DNA of 64,000 bases from Octopus sinensis (lineage: Eukaryota), in NCBI RefSeq assembly GCF_006345805.1, contig NC_043016.1:6448001-6512000 (forward strand), in the 5' to 3' direction. The position numbers and the translations under genes are program-made. Positions 39,241 to 52,662 of this stretch are shown here, piece by piece; the first letter of the stretch is position 1; each line of letters starts with the position of its first letter. The notes under the pieces are model-generated. The model worked only from the letters and a program-made list of their open reading frames with translations. It had not been told where the DNA came from and did not search any database.

Positions 39241-40267
39241 TGTTGTGTATACATCTAGGAATGGATATGTACGTGTGTTATACATATATGTATATGTGTG
39301 TGTAGGAAAATCATTATTATTGTTTTGTTTGCATTCCATTTACTTCTGTGGGTTCTGCAGCTTGTTATGGTTGAGTTCTTATTTGGAATTACTGCCCATC
39401 TTGCTAGATGGATGACCAGGACCACCTTAACAGTATTAGAACCCCCATCACCAGGCAAATGGGTTCACTAGGCCCTATAGCATTTATTTATTGTTAGGCA
39501 GTCACAGCATAGATCAGAATTGGCTCCCCAGAACCTTGACGCCCCCAGACCAATGCGGTCTCTGGGAAACTGACCAGTGAACCCATGTATTAAGATGGCA
39601 CTACCCTCAATCTCTGTTATCATTGCTTGTTTGCTGACCAACTTTGTCACGGCAGTGGCACCAGTAGTGTTGTCTTGTACTTAGTAAAATTAAAGAATCG
39701 TCACTACTTCATGATGTATTCGTATACTCAAAGCTGTGAGAAAGAAGGAACCACGAAGGCAAAAGCTGGTCAATCGCAAGGACCAAAGCAAAAAATAAAA
39801 TAGTAAGGTTGGGTGAAAGGTGTAAGAGTATGAAAATAGAGAGAGAGAGAGAGAGAGAGAGAGTTTAGGTGGAAAAGAGAGAGAAAAATAGATAGGTAAA
39901 TAGAGAGATAGATAGATAGCCAGGGAGACAGACAAATAAACAGTCAAACAGAGAAGACAGACAGATAGATAAACAGACAGACAGACAAATAGATAGATAG
40001 ATAGATATAGATAGATAGATAGATTGATGAAGAGAAAGTGAGAGAGTGATGGACAATAAGTGGTCAGTTGTGGGTGTCAATAATGAGTGATCTGAAAGAA
40101 AAAAAAATTCCCTCAAGACAGAGCAATGTATTGGGATATCTAGAAACGTAAGAAAAATAATTTGCAACCACATGATTTTGAGTTCAATCCCACTGCATGT
40201 CAACTTGGGTAAATGCCCTGGGTTAACCAAAGCTTGTGAGTAGATTTGGTAAAGGATATATATATAT

Positions 40268-41132
40268 ATCATCATCATCATCATCATCATCACCATCATC
40301 ATCATTGTTTAATGTCTGCTTTTCATTCCGGCATGGGTTGGACAGTTTGAATGAGGGCTGGTGAGCCAGAAGGCTGCACCATGCTCCAATCTGATCTGGA
40401 TGCTCTTCCTAATGCCAGCTGGATGCTCTTCCCAATGCCAACCACTCCAAGAGTGTAGTGGGTGCTTTTTATGTGTCACTGGAATGAGGGCCAGTCAGGA
40501 GGTACTGGCATCGGCCATGCTTGGATGGTGCTTTTTACGTGCCACTGGTATGGGAGTCAGTCAGGTGGCACTGGCAATGACCACGTTCGAATGGTGCTTT
40601 TTACATGCCTCAGGTATGGGAGCCAGTCAGGCAGCACTGCCATTGACCATGCTCGAATGGTGCTTTTTTTTACATGCCACTGGGATGGGTGCCAATCAAG
40701 TGATACTTGATAATGACTTCACTTGCTTCAACAGGTCTTCACAAGAGCAGTTTATTGCCCAATGATTGAGGGATACTCTTAAATGGGCTCACTATGCTGC
40801 ACTGGCATAGGCCACAGTTACAGTCTCACTTGGCTTGCCAGGTCTTCTCAAGCACAGCATATCTCCAAAGAAGGTCGTGCTTCAACACCTCATCCCAGGT
40901 CTTCCTGGGTCTGCCTCTTCCATAGGTCCCCTCCACTGCTAGGATGTGACACTTTTTCACACAGCTGTCCTCATCTCTACGTAACACATGACCATACCAG
41001 TGCAATTGTCTCTCTTGCACACCACATCTAATGTTTCTTATGTCCAACTTTTCTCTCAGGGTGCTTACACTCTGTCGAGTATGCACACTGACATTACACA
41101 TCCATCGGAGCATACTAGCTTCAGTCCTTGCA
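40268..41132 (-). mobile_element. RTE-clade LINE 3' fragment
   Basis: MLRWMCNVSVHTRQSVSTLREKLDIRNIRCGVQERQLHWYGHVLRRDEDSCVKKCHILAVEGTYGRGRPRKTWDEVLKHDL, followed by UTR with diverged 67-bp units and a (GAT)n tail. Confidence 0.85.
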
Positions 41133-41366
41133 AGCTTTTATATATATATGTGTGTGTGTGTGTGAACAGTTGAATGTTTGTGTCTCTTTGTCTTGATATT
41201 GCATGGTTTTTGTAAATGCACACGGTTATTGTACAAGCATTGTCCTTCACTTCCAATCTTCTGTAAAATAATTTCTGGCCATGAGAGAAATATCACCTGG
41301 CTTGGAAACAGGAAGGACATCTAGCCAATGAGTTTCATTTAACTAATGCAAGTATAGAAAAGTAGA

Positions 41367-41541
41367 GGTAATCCTTCGGTATACGTACCGTAAGTGGCTC
41401 TGTTTACATTTCTGAACATAACAGAAACCCTTTTCTCCCACCCCTAACCCTAACACAAACCCTAACCCTAACCCCACCATATATATAAAAAAAAAAAACA
41501 CTTTCTTGAAATGTATCCGGTACCTATACCGAAGTTACGCC
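41367..41541. mobile_element. Merlin-like MITE with internal telomere-like repeats
   Basis: Perfect 8-bp TSD AAAGTAGA (41359-41366 and 41542-41549). GG...CC termini, IR CTTCGGTATACGTACCG / CGGTACCTATACCGAAG. Internal (CCCTAA)n. Confidence 0.8.
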
Positions 41542-42063
41542 AAAGTAGATGTTGAAACAATGCTGCTGCTGCTGCTGATGATGATGATGATAAGTTCTAA
41601 AAAACAGAATTTAAAAAATAGTCTTATTTTATTTCATCTGATGCTAGATTCTTTGACTGCTGGGGCTATGGTATAAATGATAACATACGTTTTACCCATT
41701 CTGTTTTTGTTTCAATTTATTTTTAACATAATGAAGAATTTAGTGAAATAACTTTATCGTTATTAAGTTTAAAAACAGGAAGTTTGTATCACAGAAGCAA
41801 AGGCAGTCATGGATTGGTTGGTACCAAAAAACTGAAGGGAGAGTTCTTCAGTTAGTGCCATTTTCAATAATTTTCCCTGATTTGAAAGCTCATCAAATTT
41901 TTATATTTGGTAGTATAAAGCCTGGAAAGAAACTCTTCTTAAGAATTTGGATATTCTTGCTCTAAGATGGTTTCTTAAATGACATGACACTTACTATGTA
42001 GTGGCTGCGCATATCTCAGCAAGATTATGGGCTTCTTTTGATACCTATAGAACCTGCCAATCC

Positions 42064-42830
42064 ATCATCATTATCATCATCATCGTGTAATGTCCGTTCT
42101 CCATGCTAGCATGGGTTGGACGGTTCGACCGGGATCTGGGAAGCCAGAAGGCTGCATCAGGCCCAGTCCGATCTGGCAGTGTTTCTACAGCTGGATGCCC
42201 TTCCTAACACCAACCACTCTGTGAGTGTAGTGGGTACTTTTTATGTGCTAGGGGAGGCTGGCAATGGCCACGATCGGATTGGTGCTTTTTATGTGCCACC
42301 GACACGGAAGCCAGTCAAGGCGGCGCTGGCATTGGCCACATTCGGATGGTGCTTTTTTACGTGCCACCAGCATGGAAACCAGTCAAGGCGACGCTGGCAT
42401 CGGCTACGTTCGGATGGTGCTTTTTATGTGCCACTGGCATGGAAGCCAGTCAAGGCGGTGCTGGCATCGGCCACATTCGGATGGTGCTTTTTTACGTGCC
42501 ACCAGCATGGAAACCAGTCAAGGCGGCGCTGGCATCGGCCACGTTTGGATGGTGCTTTTTACGTGCCACTGGCGTGGAAGCCAGTCAAGGCGGTGCTGGC
42601 ATTGGCCACATTCGGATGGTGCTTTTTATGTGCCACCAGCATGGAAGCCAGTCAAGGCGGTGCTGGCATCGGCCACATTTGGATGGTGCTTTTTACGTGC
42701 CACCAGCATGGAAGCCAGTCAAGGCGGTGCTGGCATCGGCCACATTTGGATGGTGCTTTTTACGTGCCACCAGCATGGAAGCCAGTCAAGGCGGTGCTGG
42801 CATCGGCCACGTTCAGATGGTGCTTTTTTT
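42064..42830 (-). mobile_element. RTE 3' UTR with an expanded 67-bp minisatellite (about 8 copies, 42275-42830)
   Basis: Unit GGATGGTGCTTTTTACGTGCCACCAGCATGGAAGCCAGTCAAGGCGGTGCTGGCATCGGCCACATTT; period 67 (42681 to 42748). Confidence 0.85.
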
Positions 42831-43430
42831 CCCACAGAAATTAAAATATTAAGTATCCAATTAGATTAAACATAAATTTGCTGATACTTCCCACAAAATA
42901 AGCGCCTAGACATTAAAGAAACAAACAAAACCCCAAAATAAAACAAAAATCATAATACACAACAAAGATTAACCAACATATCCTTTCAAAAAAACACATG
43001 TAATTACCCCATATAAAGGATACTCAACTTGTACTCCATGCAAATGGAAATGGTACCCTATGGAATTATAATGAATTATCTATTATCACTTAAGTGTTAA
43101 ACACAAACATTTGCAAAATTTCTTTGCAGAGAACTGCTTCATTATTGGTTTGAAGTCAATGTGTGTGTGATGTGTGTATTTTCCATATGCATGAGTGAAA
43201 GTCAGTTCAAACTCTGCTGTACCTTTGTGCAGTGAAATGATTCTTCCAAAGTTTTACTCTTGAAAATAAACAAACATGGTTGTGTGATAAGAAGCTTGCT
43301 TCCCAATGACATTATCCTGGGTTCAGTCCCACCTCTTGGCACTTTGTAGTAGTTGTTCTTCTACTATAACCATCAGATGATCAAAGACTTGTGAGTGGAT
43401 TTTGTAGATGGGAACTGTAAGAAGCCTGTC

Positions 43431-43490
<60 letters not shown>

Positions 43491-44140
43491 TCATCATCAT
43501 ATTTAATGTCCGTCTTCCATGCATGGGTAGGATGGTTGATAGGAGTCAACCAGGTAGAAGACTACCCCAGGCTACTGTGTCTGTTTTGGTAGGGTTTTTA
43601 AAGCTGGTTGCCTTTCTAACACCAACCACTCTGCAGAGTGGACTTAGTGCCTTTTATGTGGCACCAGCACAGGTGAGGTCAGTTTTGGCATTGTTTTCAT
43701 AGCTAGATGCCCTTCCAAATGCCAATCACATTATGGTGTGGACTGGATGTTTTTTTTACCAGTACTGGCAGGGTCATCAAGAAACTTGCAAGACAAGGAA
43801 TTTTGAGAGGTGAGGGGGAATTGGAGGAGGTGGGATTTTGTGTCAGTCGATGAAAGGTTAGAGTGTGACAGAGAAATAGAAAGGCAGAAACGGGTGTTTT
43901 GCTATAGAGGAGGTACATGGTTACCCAACCAGAGGGAGAGGAAGAGAGGGAAGAGAGAGAGAGAGGTGGAAAGAGTTGTACAAGAAAGAGGACAGAAGCA
44001 GGTGTGCTGATGTAAAGGAGATACTTGGTTACCTGGTCAGAGGGAAGAGCAAGGGAAAGAAGGAGAGCATGGGGAGAAGCAAAAGTGCAAGAGAGAGAGA
44101 GAGAGAGAGCAGGAGAGAGATGGTGCTGAAATACCAGGGT

Positions 44141-44171
<31 letters not shown>

Positions 44172-44662
44172 TAAATGGTGGCAATTACCCAGGGCATGCC
44201 CTCAAGGTACTAGGTCATAATGTATGTGACCAGGTATTGCCAAGAAGGTGAGAGTTGAGAGTGGGGAGTGGGGATTGCAGTGACTGATGAAAACCTGGGT
44301 ATAAAGATGGGGGTAGGAAGCAAAGATACAGTAAGTGGGAGAGTCAGGGCAGGGAAGGGGAGTGGGAGACAATCATAGGAAATGTGAGAAAGAGAAAGAT
44401 GCAGTTTAGAAGAGAAGATGTAGTTCAGTGTCTTCAGGTAGGTTGTATGAAAAGTTTATTGTTACCTGTTGGTGCTTCCAGCACTCAGTTTCACAGACAT
44501 AGGCAGGACATCTCTAGAACCTCATATCACCAGATATCTTGGTCCATTGTCATTTCCTCCATGAACTCTAACTTTCTGAGATCAGCCCTCACCATTTCAC
44601 CCCATATTAAATATATTAAAATGTGGTAGTTTTGGTGAAGCACTGTGTGGTATTACTTTAGA

Positions 44663-45079
44663 GGCGGCAAGCTGGCAGAAACGTCAGCACATTGGGCGAA
44701 ATGCTTAGCGGTATTTCGTCTGCTGTTACATTTCTGAGTTCAAATTCTGCCGAGGTCGACTTTGCCTTTCATCCTTTCGGGGTCGATAAATAAATTACCA
44801 GTTACGCACTGGGGTCGATGTATTCAACTTAATCACTTAGTCTGTCTTTGTTTGTCCTCTCTATGTTTGGCCCCTTGTGGGTAGTAAAGAAATAGGTATT
44901 TCGTCTGCCACTGCATTCTGAGTTCAAATTCCGCTGAAGTCGACTTTGCCTATCATCCTTTTGGGGTCGATTAAATAAGTACCAGTTATGTACTGGGGTC
45001 GATTTAATCGACTTAATCTGTTTGTCTGTCCTTGTTTGTCCCCTCTATGTTTAGCCCCTTGTGGGTAGTAAAGAAATAG
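44663..45079 (+). mobile_element. Tandem (self-inserted) Meta-like SINE; similar tandems at 50322-50738 and 55432-55790 (-)
   Basis: Full copy ends AAAGAAATAG and resumes at the internal GTATTTCGTCTGCC. Outer direct repeat GGTATTACTTTA. Confidence 0.85.
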
Positions 45080-46959
45080 GTATTACTTTAAAGAGATTTG
45101 TTGTGTAAGGCTGGAAAAATGAGAGTAGTTTTCTTTGTACCTCTTGCATTGTTCTAGCTTTACACAACAAATCTCTTTAAGATATAGATATATATATATT
45201 TGTATGTGCGTGTCTTTGTGTTTGTGTTTGTCCCCCACCACCGCTTGACAACCGGTGTTGATGTGTTTACATCCCTGTAACTTAGCCGTTCAGTGAAAGA
45301 GATAGAGTAAATACCAGGTTTTAAAAAAAAAAAGTAAGTACAAGGGTTTAAAAATTCTTCAAGGTAGTACTCCAGCATGGCCACAGTCAAATGACTGAAA
45401 TAAGTAAAAGATAAAAAATTTCTCTGGAATTACATTTTTGTATGTGGCACATGAACCAGTGTTTGTGAAGCTTGGCTTTAGAAGATTATCACAATCAAAA
45501 TCCTTGAGACACACATGAATCCGATGTCCACACTTTTTAATTAATTTATCAAAACCAATTATTTTCCAATTTACTGAAGAAAGGAAAGAAGAAATTGATT
45601 TCCAATCTGTGGGCAAAACTGCATGTTTTGTGAGTTCAGAGTTTCGAGAGAGTCCAGAAAAGGAAGAAATATTTCCATCTTAAACTTCAGACTTTCCTGA
45701 GAAAATTTCTTCCGCCAATCCACCATAGCTAGTAAGTCATACATACATCTCATTTGTTTATATATATTTTTTCCTATGCTGTTATTTGAAGCTGGACATT
45801 TACACTCCAACCCTGGCCTTCAATTCATATTCTTTAAATTCTGTTTTAATTTCCTTTAAAATTTGTTTTCAGAGACTCACTGAGATTCATAGCAACTTTA
45901 CGTTCAGATCTTCTAACTGTAAGACCTTATTTTTGTTCACTATTACAGGTGAACAAAATAAGTAAACACTAGTAGAAGGTTACCATAATCAAAATCTTTG
46001 TGATACACCTGCACTAGATATTCACACTTTTAGTAAATCATCATCATTACCATTGTTTAATGTCCTCCTTTCATTCTGAACAGTTGGACAGTTTGACAGG
46101 AGCTGGCCAGGCACCATACACCTGTGTCTGTTTTGACAGGGTTTTTTTTATGGCTGGATGCCCTTCCTAACACCAACCATTCTGACTTCACAAGCACAGG
46201 CGAGGTCAGTTTGGTATATCTTGTCTGCCTTATATATATAAGGTGGCGAGCTGGCAGAAGTGTTAGCACGCCAGGTGAAAAGCTTGGTGGTATTTTGTCT
46301 GCCGTTACGTTCTGAGTTCAAATTCCGCCGAGGTCAACTTTGCCTTTCATCCTTTCGGGGTCAATAAATTAAGTACCAGTTACGCACTGGGGTCGATGTA
46401 ATCGACTTAATACCTATGTCTGTCCTTGTTTGTTCCCTCTATGTTTGGTCCCTTGTGGGTAATAAAGAAATAGGTATATCTTGTCTGACATTTCTCTCTT
46501 CCTGCTCCATTGTACAATTTGTGTTAGTCTGAAAGGTCGCTATCATGGTTTCAACATAAGATTCCAGTAATTCACTGTTTTAGTATTTTTAATGTTCCAT
46601 TACTTTGGATCCGTGTCTTGGATTACAAACTCTATTTCTACTCCAGATTTGGGTATTTCCTCTTAAGGGATTGCTCTTAGTGGAACCTGATTACTTGATA
46701 CAAGAGTGGATGTAGATGACATTGTTATATTTTAAAGAATAGCAATAATGGTTGATGTTGCACCGAAATTAAAAGATTTTTACTTTTGGAAGTTTGTCAT
46801 TCTCATTTTTCTCTGCGCCTCATTTCCTCTGCTGTGATCTACTTAAAATTGTATTCTTAATTTCTGTCAAAGAGTGTTTTTTTCTTTTTAACTTGCTGGG
46901 TTTTGAGGAATGGGAAGTGCCCATGGCCTTTGGCAGCTTTCCTGGATTTGTGACACTGA

Positions 46960-47760
46960 TGCCATTAATATTCCTCTTCAGCCTATGTAAGTCGACACTT
47001 GCAAGAAAGATAGAAGCAAAGAGAGAATTTCAAGTAGCTGACATTTCAGAAATGGAAAGCTGGGAATAGTGATGAGAGTGGGGCTTGGTAGGGTTGGATA
47101 CAAGAGTGGTGATGAGAAGATGAGGGATGAGTATGACAAACTGGACGACGACCATAGTGAGCAGAGAAGAGTTAAGGCTAAGCCAGTAATAGAAGAAAAG
47201 GCAAAATGAGAAGATTTAACTCTTGTGGTGGCACAGAGGTTATTTGAATGTGTCTGTGAGAGACATTATGCCAATCTGCCAAGTAGTTCTTCTTTGGATG
47301 TGATGTAGGATGTCACTGTGTGTAATAGTATTGTCTTAGAAGGCAGAGCAATACTCCATTGCGAACATCATCTGAGCTTTGTAGAGCATCAATAATTGTT
47401 GGGGGCTGAAGTAGTTTTTTGATCCTGGAGAGAAGGACCAGTCATTGGCGTATGGCCTCTAACTATGTTAAAGATGGACTTTTGCCAGGTGAGTGGATAA
47501 TGTAATGGTTGGAGACTGTTAGGAATGAAAGTTAGTTTTGTCCATGTAAGAGAGGGTATTATTAGATGTGGTAACTGGTACCTCATTGGGGAGAAAAAAA
47601 AAGAAAAAGAAAAGGGGACGAATCTGAAAACAAGAGTGAAATCAGTGTTTATAGAATGAGGCACAGAAAGAGCTCTCTGTCAATAGATACAGCAATAGTT
47701 TTGTCTGAGATGTAAGATGGATGGAGTCCAGAGTTTCTTTCACACATTATTGTATAGTGG
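46960..47760 (-). mobile_element. Degraded CR1/Jockey-group LINE 3' fragment
   Basis: Minus-strand remnants YKAQMMFAMEYCS and NSLFASIFLASVDLHRLKRNIN resemble YKAQVRPxMEYCS and WNSLPxxVFP..DLxxFKxxIN. Confidence 0.55.
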
Positions 47761-47895
47761 GACTGGCACTGATGATGGTCAGGCAAGTGGAAATCTAAGT
47801 CTTCTCATGTTCAGTTTTTCTTTCAGTTTGTTTTAATTCTGTCATTCACATACACTAATATAACACATCCAATTTAGATGAACATACTTATTTCA

Positions 47896-48204
47896 CAGTT
47901 CTGTATTTAAGATATGAGGAATTATGTACATTATTTACATTATTTACTGGCATATGGCATAGTGGTTAAGAGCGCGGGCTACTAACCCCAAGATTCCGAG
48001 TTCAATTCCAGGCAGTGACCTGAATAATAATAATAATAATAGTAATAATAATAATAACAACATCGAAAAATACGTTAGGAATGAGAACCCAGGTTCGAAA
48101 TTTCCCCAAGATACCCGATGAAGGTTGGAGGGTAATATCAGCCGAAACGTGTTAACAACAAACAAGATGAGGACAAATATCCATCAAATGTAAATAATGT
48201 AAAT
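47896..48204 (+). mobile_element. tRNA-headed SINE-like element with (AAT)n spacer and hammerhead-like 3' module
   Basis: 12-bp TSD ATACTTATTTCA (47884-47895, 48205-48216). A box TGGCATAGTGG, B box GAGTTCAATTCC. CCGATGA-A-GGTTG...CAGCC-GAAAC at 48115-48148. Inverted TACATTATTTACAT / ATGTAAATAATGTA. Confidence 0.75.
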
Positions 48205-48329
48205 ATACTTATTTCATTTCTATCTTGTCTTTGCAAAACATCTGCATTCAGGGTTAATGTCTCACTTGCATACAACGCTGTCATACATAAGTGTGATAAT
48301 GTATGTTATACGTAAGTAACATTCGTTCT

Positions 48330-48830
48330 GCCCATTACTCTGAGATGTTGCTATTTCCAGTACATTCTTACTCTGGTTACTATGTTTTCAGAACGCTGAC
48401 TCCCACTGTTAATTAAGTCAAGTAGGTAACAGGAGCCACCAATTACTCCCAGAGACCCACCCCTCGGTATTGTCCCTGTGTACCTGTTGCATATGAAGTC
48501 TGCCTTCTTTTGCATGCATACACTGGCTACACCGTATAGAATTCCTAATGACTCTTTTTCTATGTATTAAGTATGACCATTTCCCTAATGGCACCAGGTT
48601 CCTGTCTTCTACCTTAATCTTTGTTAAGTTTGCATTGAGGTCTTTTGATTTATGCATTTGCTTCCATGTCTAGAATTTCTTCTTGAAATCTATAGAATCA
48701 ACTATAACAACCAAGCTGTCAATATATAAGGAGTTTCCATAGACATCTGATCTTAAATTCCTCTCTCATAACTTGGAAGACTATAACGGACAGAGAATAG
48801 TCTAAAGACTAAACCCTAATAACTGCTATT
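48330..48830 (-). mobile_element. Degraded RTE RT fragment with a Cys-rich insert
   Basis: SKDLNANLTKIKV...PLGKWS..RKRVIRNSIRCSQC resembles the GLxVNxxKTKV motif followed by a CxxC region. Confidence 0.45.
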
Positions 48831-49519
48831 TTCATGTTAAATTGCTATACTTCACATGGTTCCAGGTTCAATTCCATTGTGTGACACCTTGGTTTTATAC
48901 TACAGTTCTGTGCCAACCAAAATCATACGAGTAAATTTAGTCAACAAAATCTGAAAGAAGCCCATCATATGTGCGAGCTGGCAGAATCGTTAGCACATCG
49001 GGCAAAATGCTTAGCCATATTTTGTCTGCCGCTATGTTCTGGGTTCAAATTCCGCCAAGGTCGACTTTGCCTTTCATCCTTTCGGGGTCGATTAAATAAA
49101 TACCAGTTACGCACTGGGGTCGATATAATCGACTTAATCCGTTTGTCTGTACTTGTTTGTCCCCTCTCTGTTTAGCCCCTTGTGGGCAATAAAAAAATAT
49201 ATGTGTGTGTGTGAGAAGGTGTGTGGGTTAGTGGTTAACTCATTCTGCTCATGGTTGTAAGGTTGTGAGTTTGATACTTGTTGTGTTCTTCAATGTGACC
49301 CTTTGTTTTCTCATTGCTCCTGAGTTGTACCTGTAATTCAAAAAGGGGCCAGCCTTGTTGCATTCTAAGTCATGCTGAATCTCCCTGTGAGCTATGTTAA
49401 GGGTATGCGTGTCTGTGGAGTACTCAGCCACTTGCATGTTAATTTTTATGAGCAGTCTGTTCTGTTGATCAGATCAACTGAACACTCATACTTGTTTTGA
49501 TAAATACACACACACACAC

Positions 49520-49955
49520 ATTGCATACATACATACATACCTACATACATACCTACATACATACATATATACATACATACATACATACATAAATACACAC
49601 ATAAATACATACATACATACACACACATAGATACATACATACATACACACACACATACATTCATACATACATACATACATATATACATACATACATACAT
49701 ACATACATACATACACACACATACATACATACATACACACACACATACATTCATACATACATACATACATACATACATACATACATACATACATACATAC
49801 ATACATAAATACATACATACATACATACATACATACATACATACATACATACATACATGCATACATACATACATACATACATACATACATACATTCATAC
49901 ATACATACATACATACATTCATAGACACACACACATTGCATACATACATACATGC
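49520..49955. repeat. (CATA)n microsatellite
   Basis: Directly visible. Confidence 0.95.
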
Positions 49956-51615
49956 ATGCATGTATGTGTGTTTGTTACTGTCTCCTTACTCTGACTTCAT
50001 GTGATAGTCGTAAACGAGTGCCACTGTGATAGAAGCGGTGTCCATCCTTTTCAGTCTTCCCTGAAAATATATCCTCAGCCATGGGAAAATATTATCTGAC
50101 CTGGAAACAAGTGAAGTTTGGTAAAAAGGAAGCTGTTGAAAGTTTGCCTCAACAAAATTCCATTTGGCTGCACTCAAGCTTGGAAAAGTAGATAATAAAA
50201 TGGCAATGATAATGATGACTCATTACTAACACTCGCCTTACTGACTGCATCTCCATACATGACTTGTGTATCTCACACACCACACGTTCATTCACTCTTA
50301 TACACACATGTGTTTAATATCTATTTCTTTATTCTATCACAAGGGACTAAACACAGAGGGGACAAACAAGGACAGACAAAGGGATTAAGTTGATTACATT
50401 GACCCCAGTGCGTAACTAGTACTTAATTTATCGACCCCGAAAGGATGAAAAGCAAAGTCGACCTCGGCGGATTTTGAACTCAGAACGTAGCGGCAGACGA
50501 AATACCAATTTCTTTACTACCCACAAGGGGCTAAACACAGAAGAGACAAACAAGGACAGACAAACGGATTGAGTCGATTACATCGACCCCAGTGTGTAAC
50601 TGGTACTTATTTAATCGACCCCAAAAGGATGAAAGGCAAAGTCAACCTCGGTGGGATTTGAACTCGAAGCGTATCGACAGACGAAATATGGCTACGCATT
50701 TCGCCCGACGTGCTAACGGTTCTGCCAGCTCGCCTCCTTCGTCATGTGTTTAATATCATCATCATTGTCATCACTGTTGTCATCGTCATCGTCATCATCA
50801 TTATCATCATCATTGTCATTGTTTTACATCCACTTTCCATGCTTGCATGCATCAGATGGGTTTCCATAATTTGAGTTAGATGCTATTCTGAGTTACTTTC
50901 CTCCCAGATGGTGATGCTGATGACGACGACGACGATGATGATGATGTTATACATATGTGTGCATGAGAGTGAATGGATGTATGGCATGTGAGAGATATGA
51001 GTCACGCTTAGAGATGCAGTCAGTGCGGTGAGTGTTAGCAATAAGTCATCATCATACTCCATTTAAAAAAATTTTTTTATATTCTCTTCTAGTCACCAAC
51101 AACTTTATATAATGTATTGGGTGCATCTTAGTTTACAAGATCAATGGTACAAGGCAGCAAGTTGGCAGAAACGTTAGCACGTCGGGCAAAATGCTTAGCG
51201 GTATTTCATCTGCCGTTACGTTCTGAGTTCAAATTCCGCCGAGGTCAACTTTGCCTTTCATCCTTTCGGGGTCGATAAATTAAGTACCAGTTACACACTG
51301 GGATCGATGTAATCGACTTAATCTGTTTGTCAGTCCTTGTTTGTCCTCTCTGTATTTAGCCCCTTGTGGGTAGTAAAGAAATAGGTACAAGATCAATGGT
51401 ACCTCCATTCATTTTCCAATCTCTTAACAGAATGTATTGGGTGCATTTTGTCAAAACAATAGAAGTAGTGAGGTTGTCTTTTACCCTCTTAGGTTGTACA
51501 GTTCTGAAGCAGACAAGCTCTTTGAGATAAAGCTCTTTTTGAGGCACCCCCACCAAACAAAAAATGAGGCATGGAGGTGCTACTATGAGAAGCTCTTGTA
51601 AGTGAAGAATGCATA

Positions 51616-51697
<82 letters not shown>

Positions 51698-51983
51698 CCT
51701 AAAGTAGATTCTGTACTGGGTCCAACTATCCTAGTTGGTTGTAGTGTGATAGATAGATAGATAGATAGATAGACAGATAGATAGATAGATAGATCAATTA
51801 AAGATGGAATAATTGGCACAGGTGGTAAGAAATTGGCTGTGTGGTAAGAAGTTAGTTTCCCAACCACATGATTCTAGGTTCATTCCCACTGTGTGGCATC
51901 TTGGGGAAGTGTCTTCTACTACATCCTTGAGGCAACCAAGGCCTTGTGAGTGGATTTGGTAGAAAGAAGCTGAGTGAAGCCCA

Positions 51984-52029
<46 letters not shown>

Positions 52030-52627
52030 ACACAGGTGCCTCTCCATTATTACTGCCGGTTTCTTCTTAATAATTTTACTATTTTTTTTATTGGTCCATT
52101 TGATCATTCTTGCCCTTGGGACAGGAAGATTGTTCCCTGTAGCAATGGTGTCTTGCCTACCAACTCGGTCCTTTTTTTTCTTCTAAGATCAGTTTTCATC
52201 ATTTCGTCTCGAGTCTTTTGCGGTGACCCTCTGACCGCTGCCTCAGGTTCCATCACCTTTGAGTGTCTGCAGCTATACTTCTTTATAGAGCTATCCTCAT
52301 CCATACACAGTTTTCTCTCTTGTACACCATATCCGATTCCTCTTAAATCCAGTTTTTCTTTTGATTCATTTGTATTCCTCTGTTCATGCATATTAATATT
52401 AATCAATGTCAATCACAATTATGGTGATGATGATCCAGTGGCTTACTTCTAGCTAAGTATTTCTGCAGCTGTCTCACTCAGAAGATGGTATTAGTTGTAC
52501 TTCTTCCTGGCACAAAACCAAACTACATCTCATTTAGGTTAATTCTCTTCCTAATCAATCAAACTACATCTACTTCTGTGAATTTTATAATCTGGTCCAG
52601 CCATTTAAGACCATACCTCTGTAATTT

Positions 52628-52662
<35 letters not shown>

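Noticed and set aside
42116-42869. 242, 201 and 168 aa ORFs; repeat array superficially CRISPR-like
   Set aside because: Contiguous 67-bp tandem units with no unique spacers and no cas genes, inside a eukaryotic LINE UTR.
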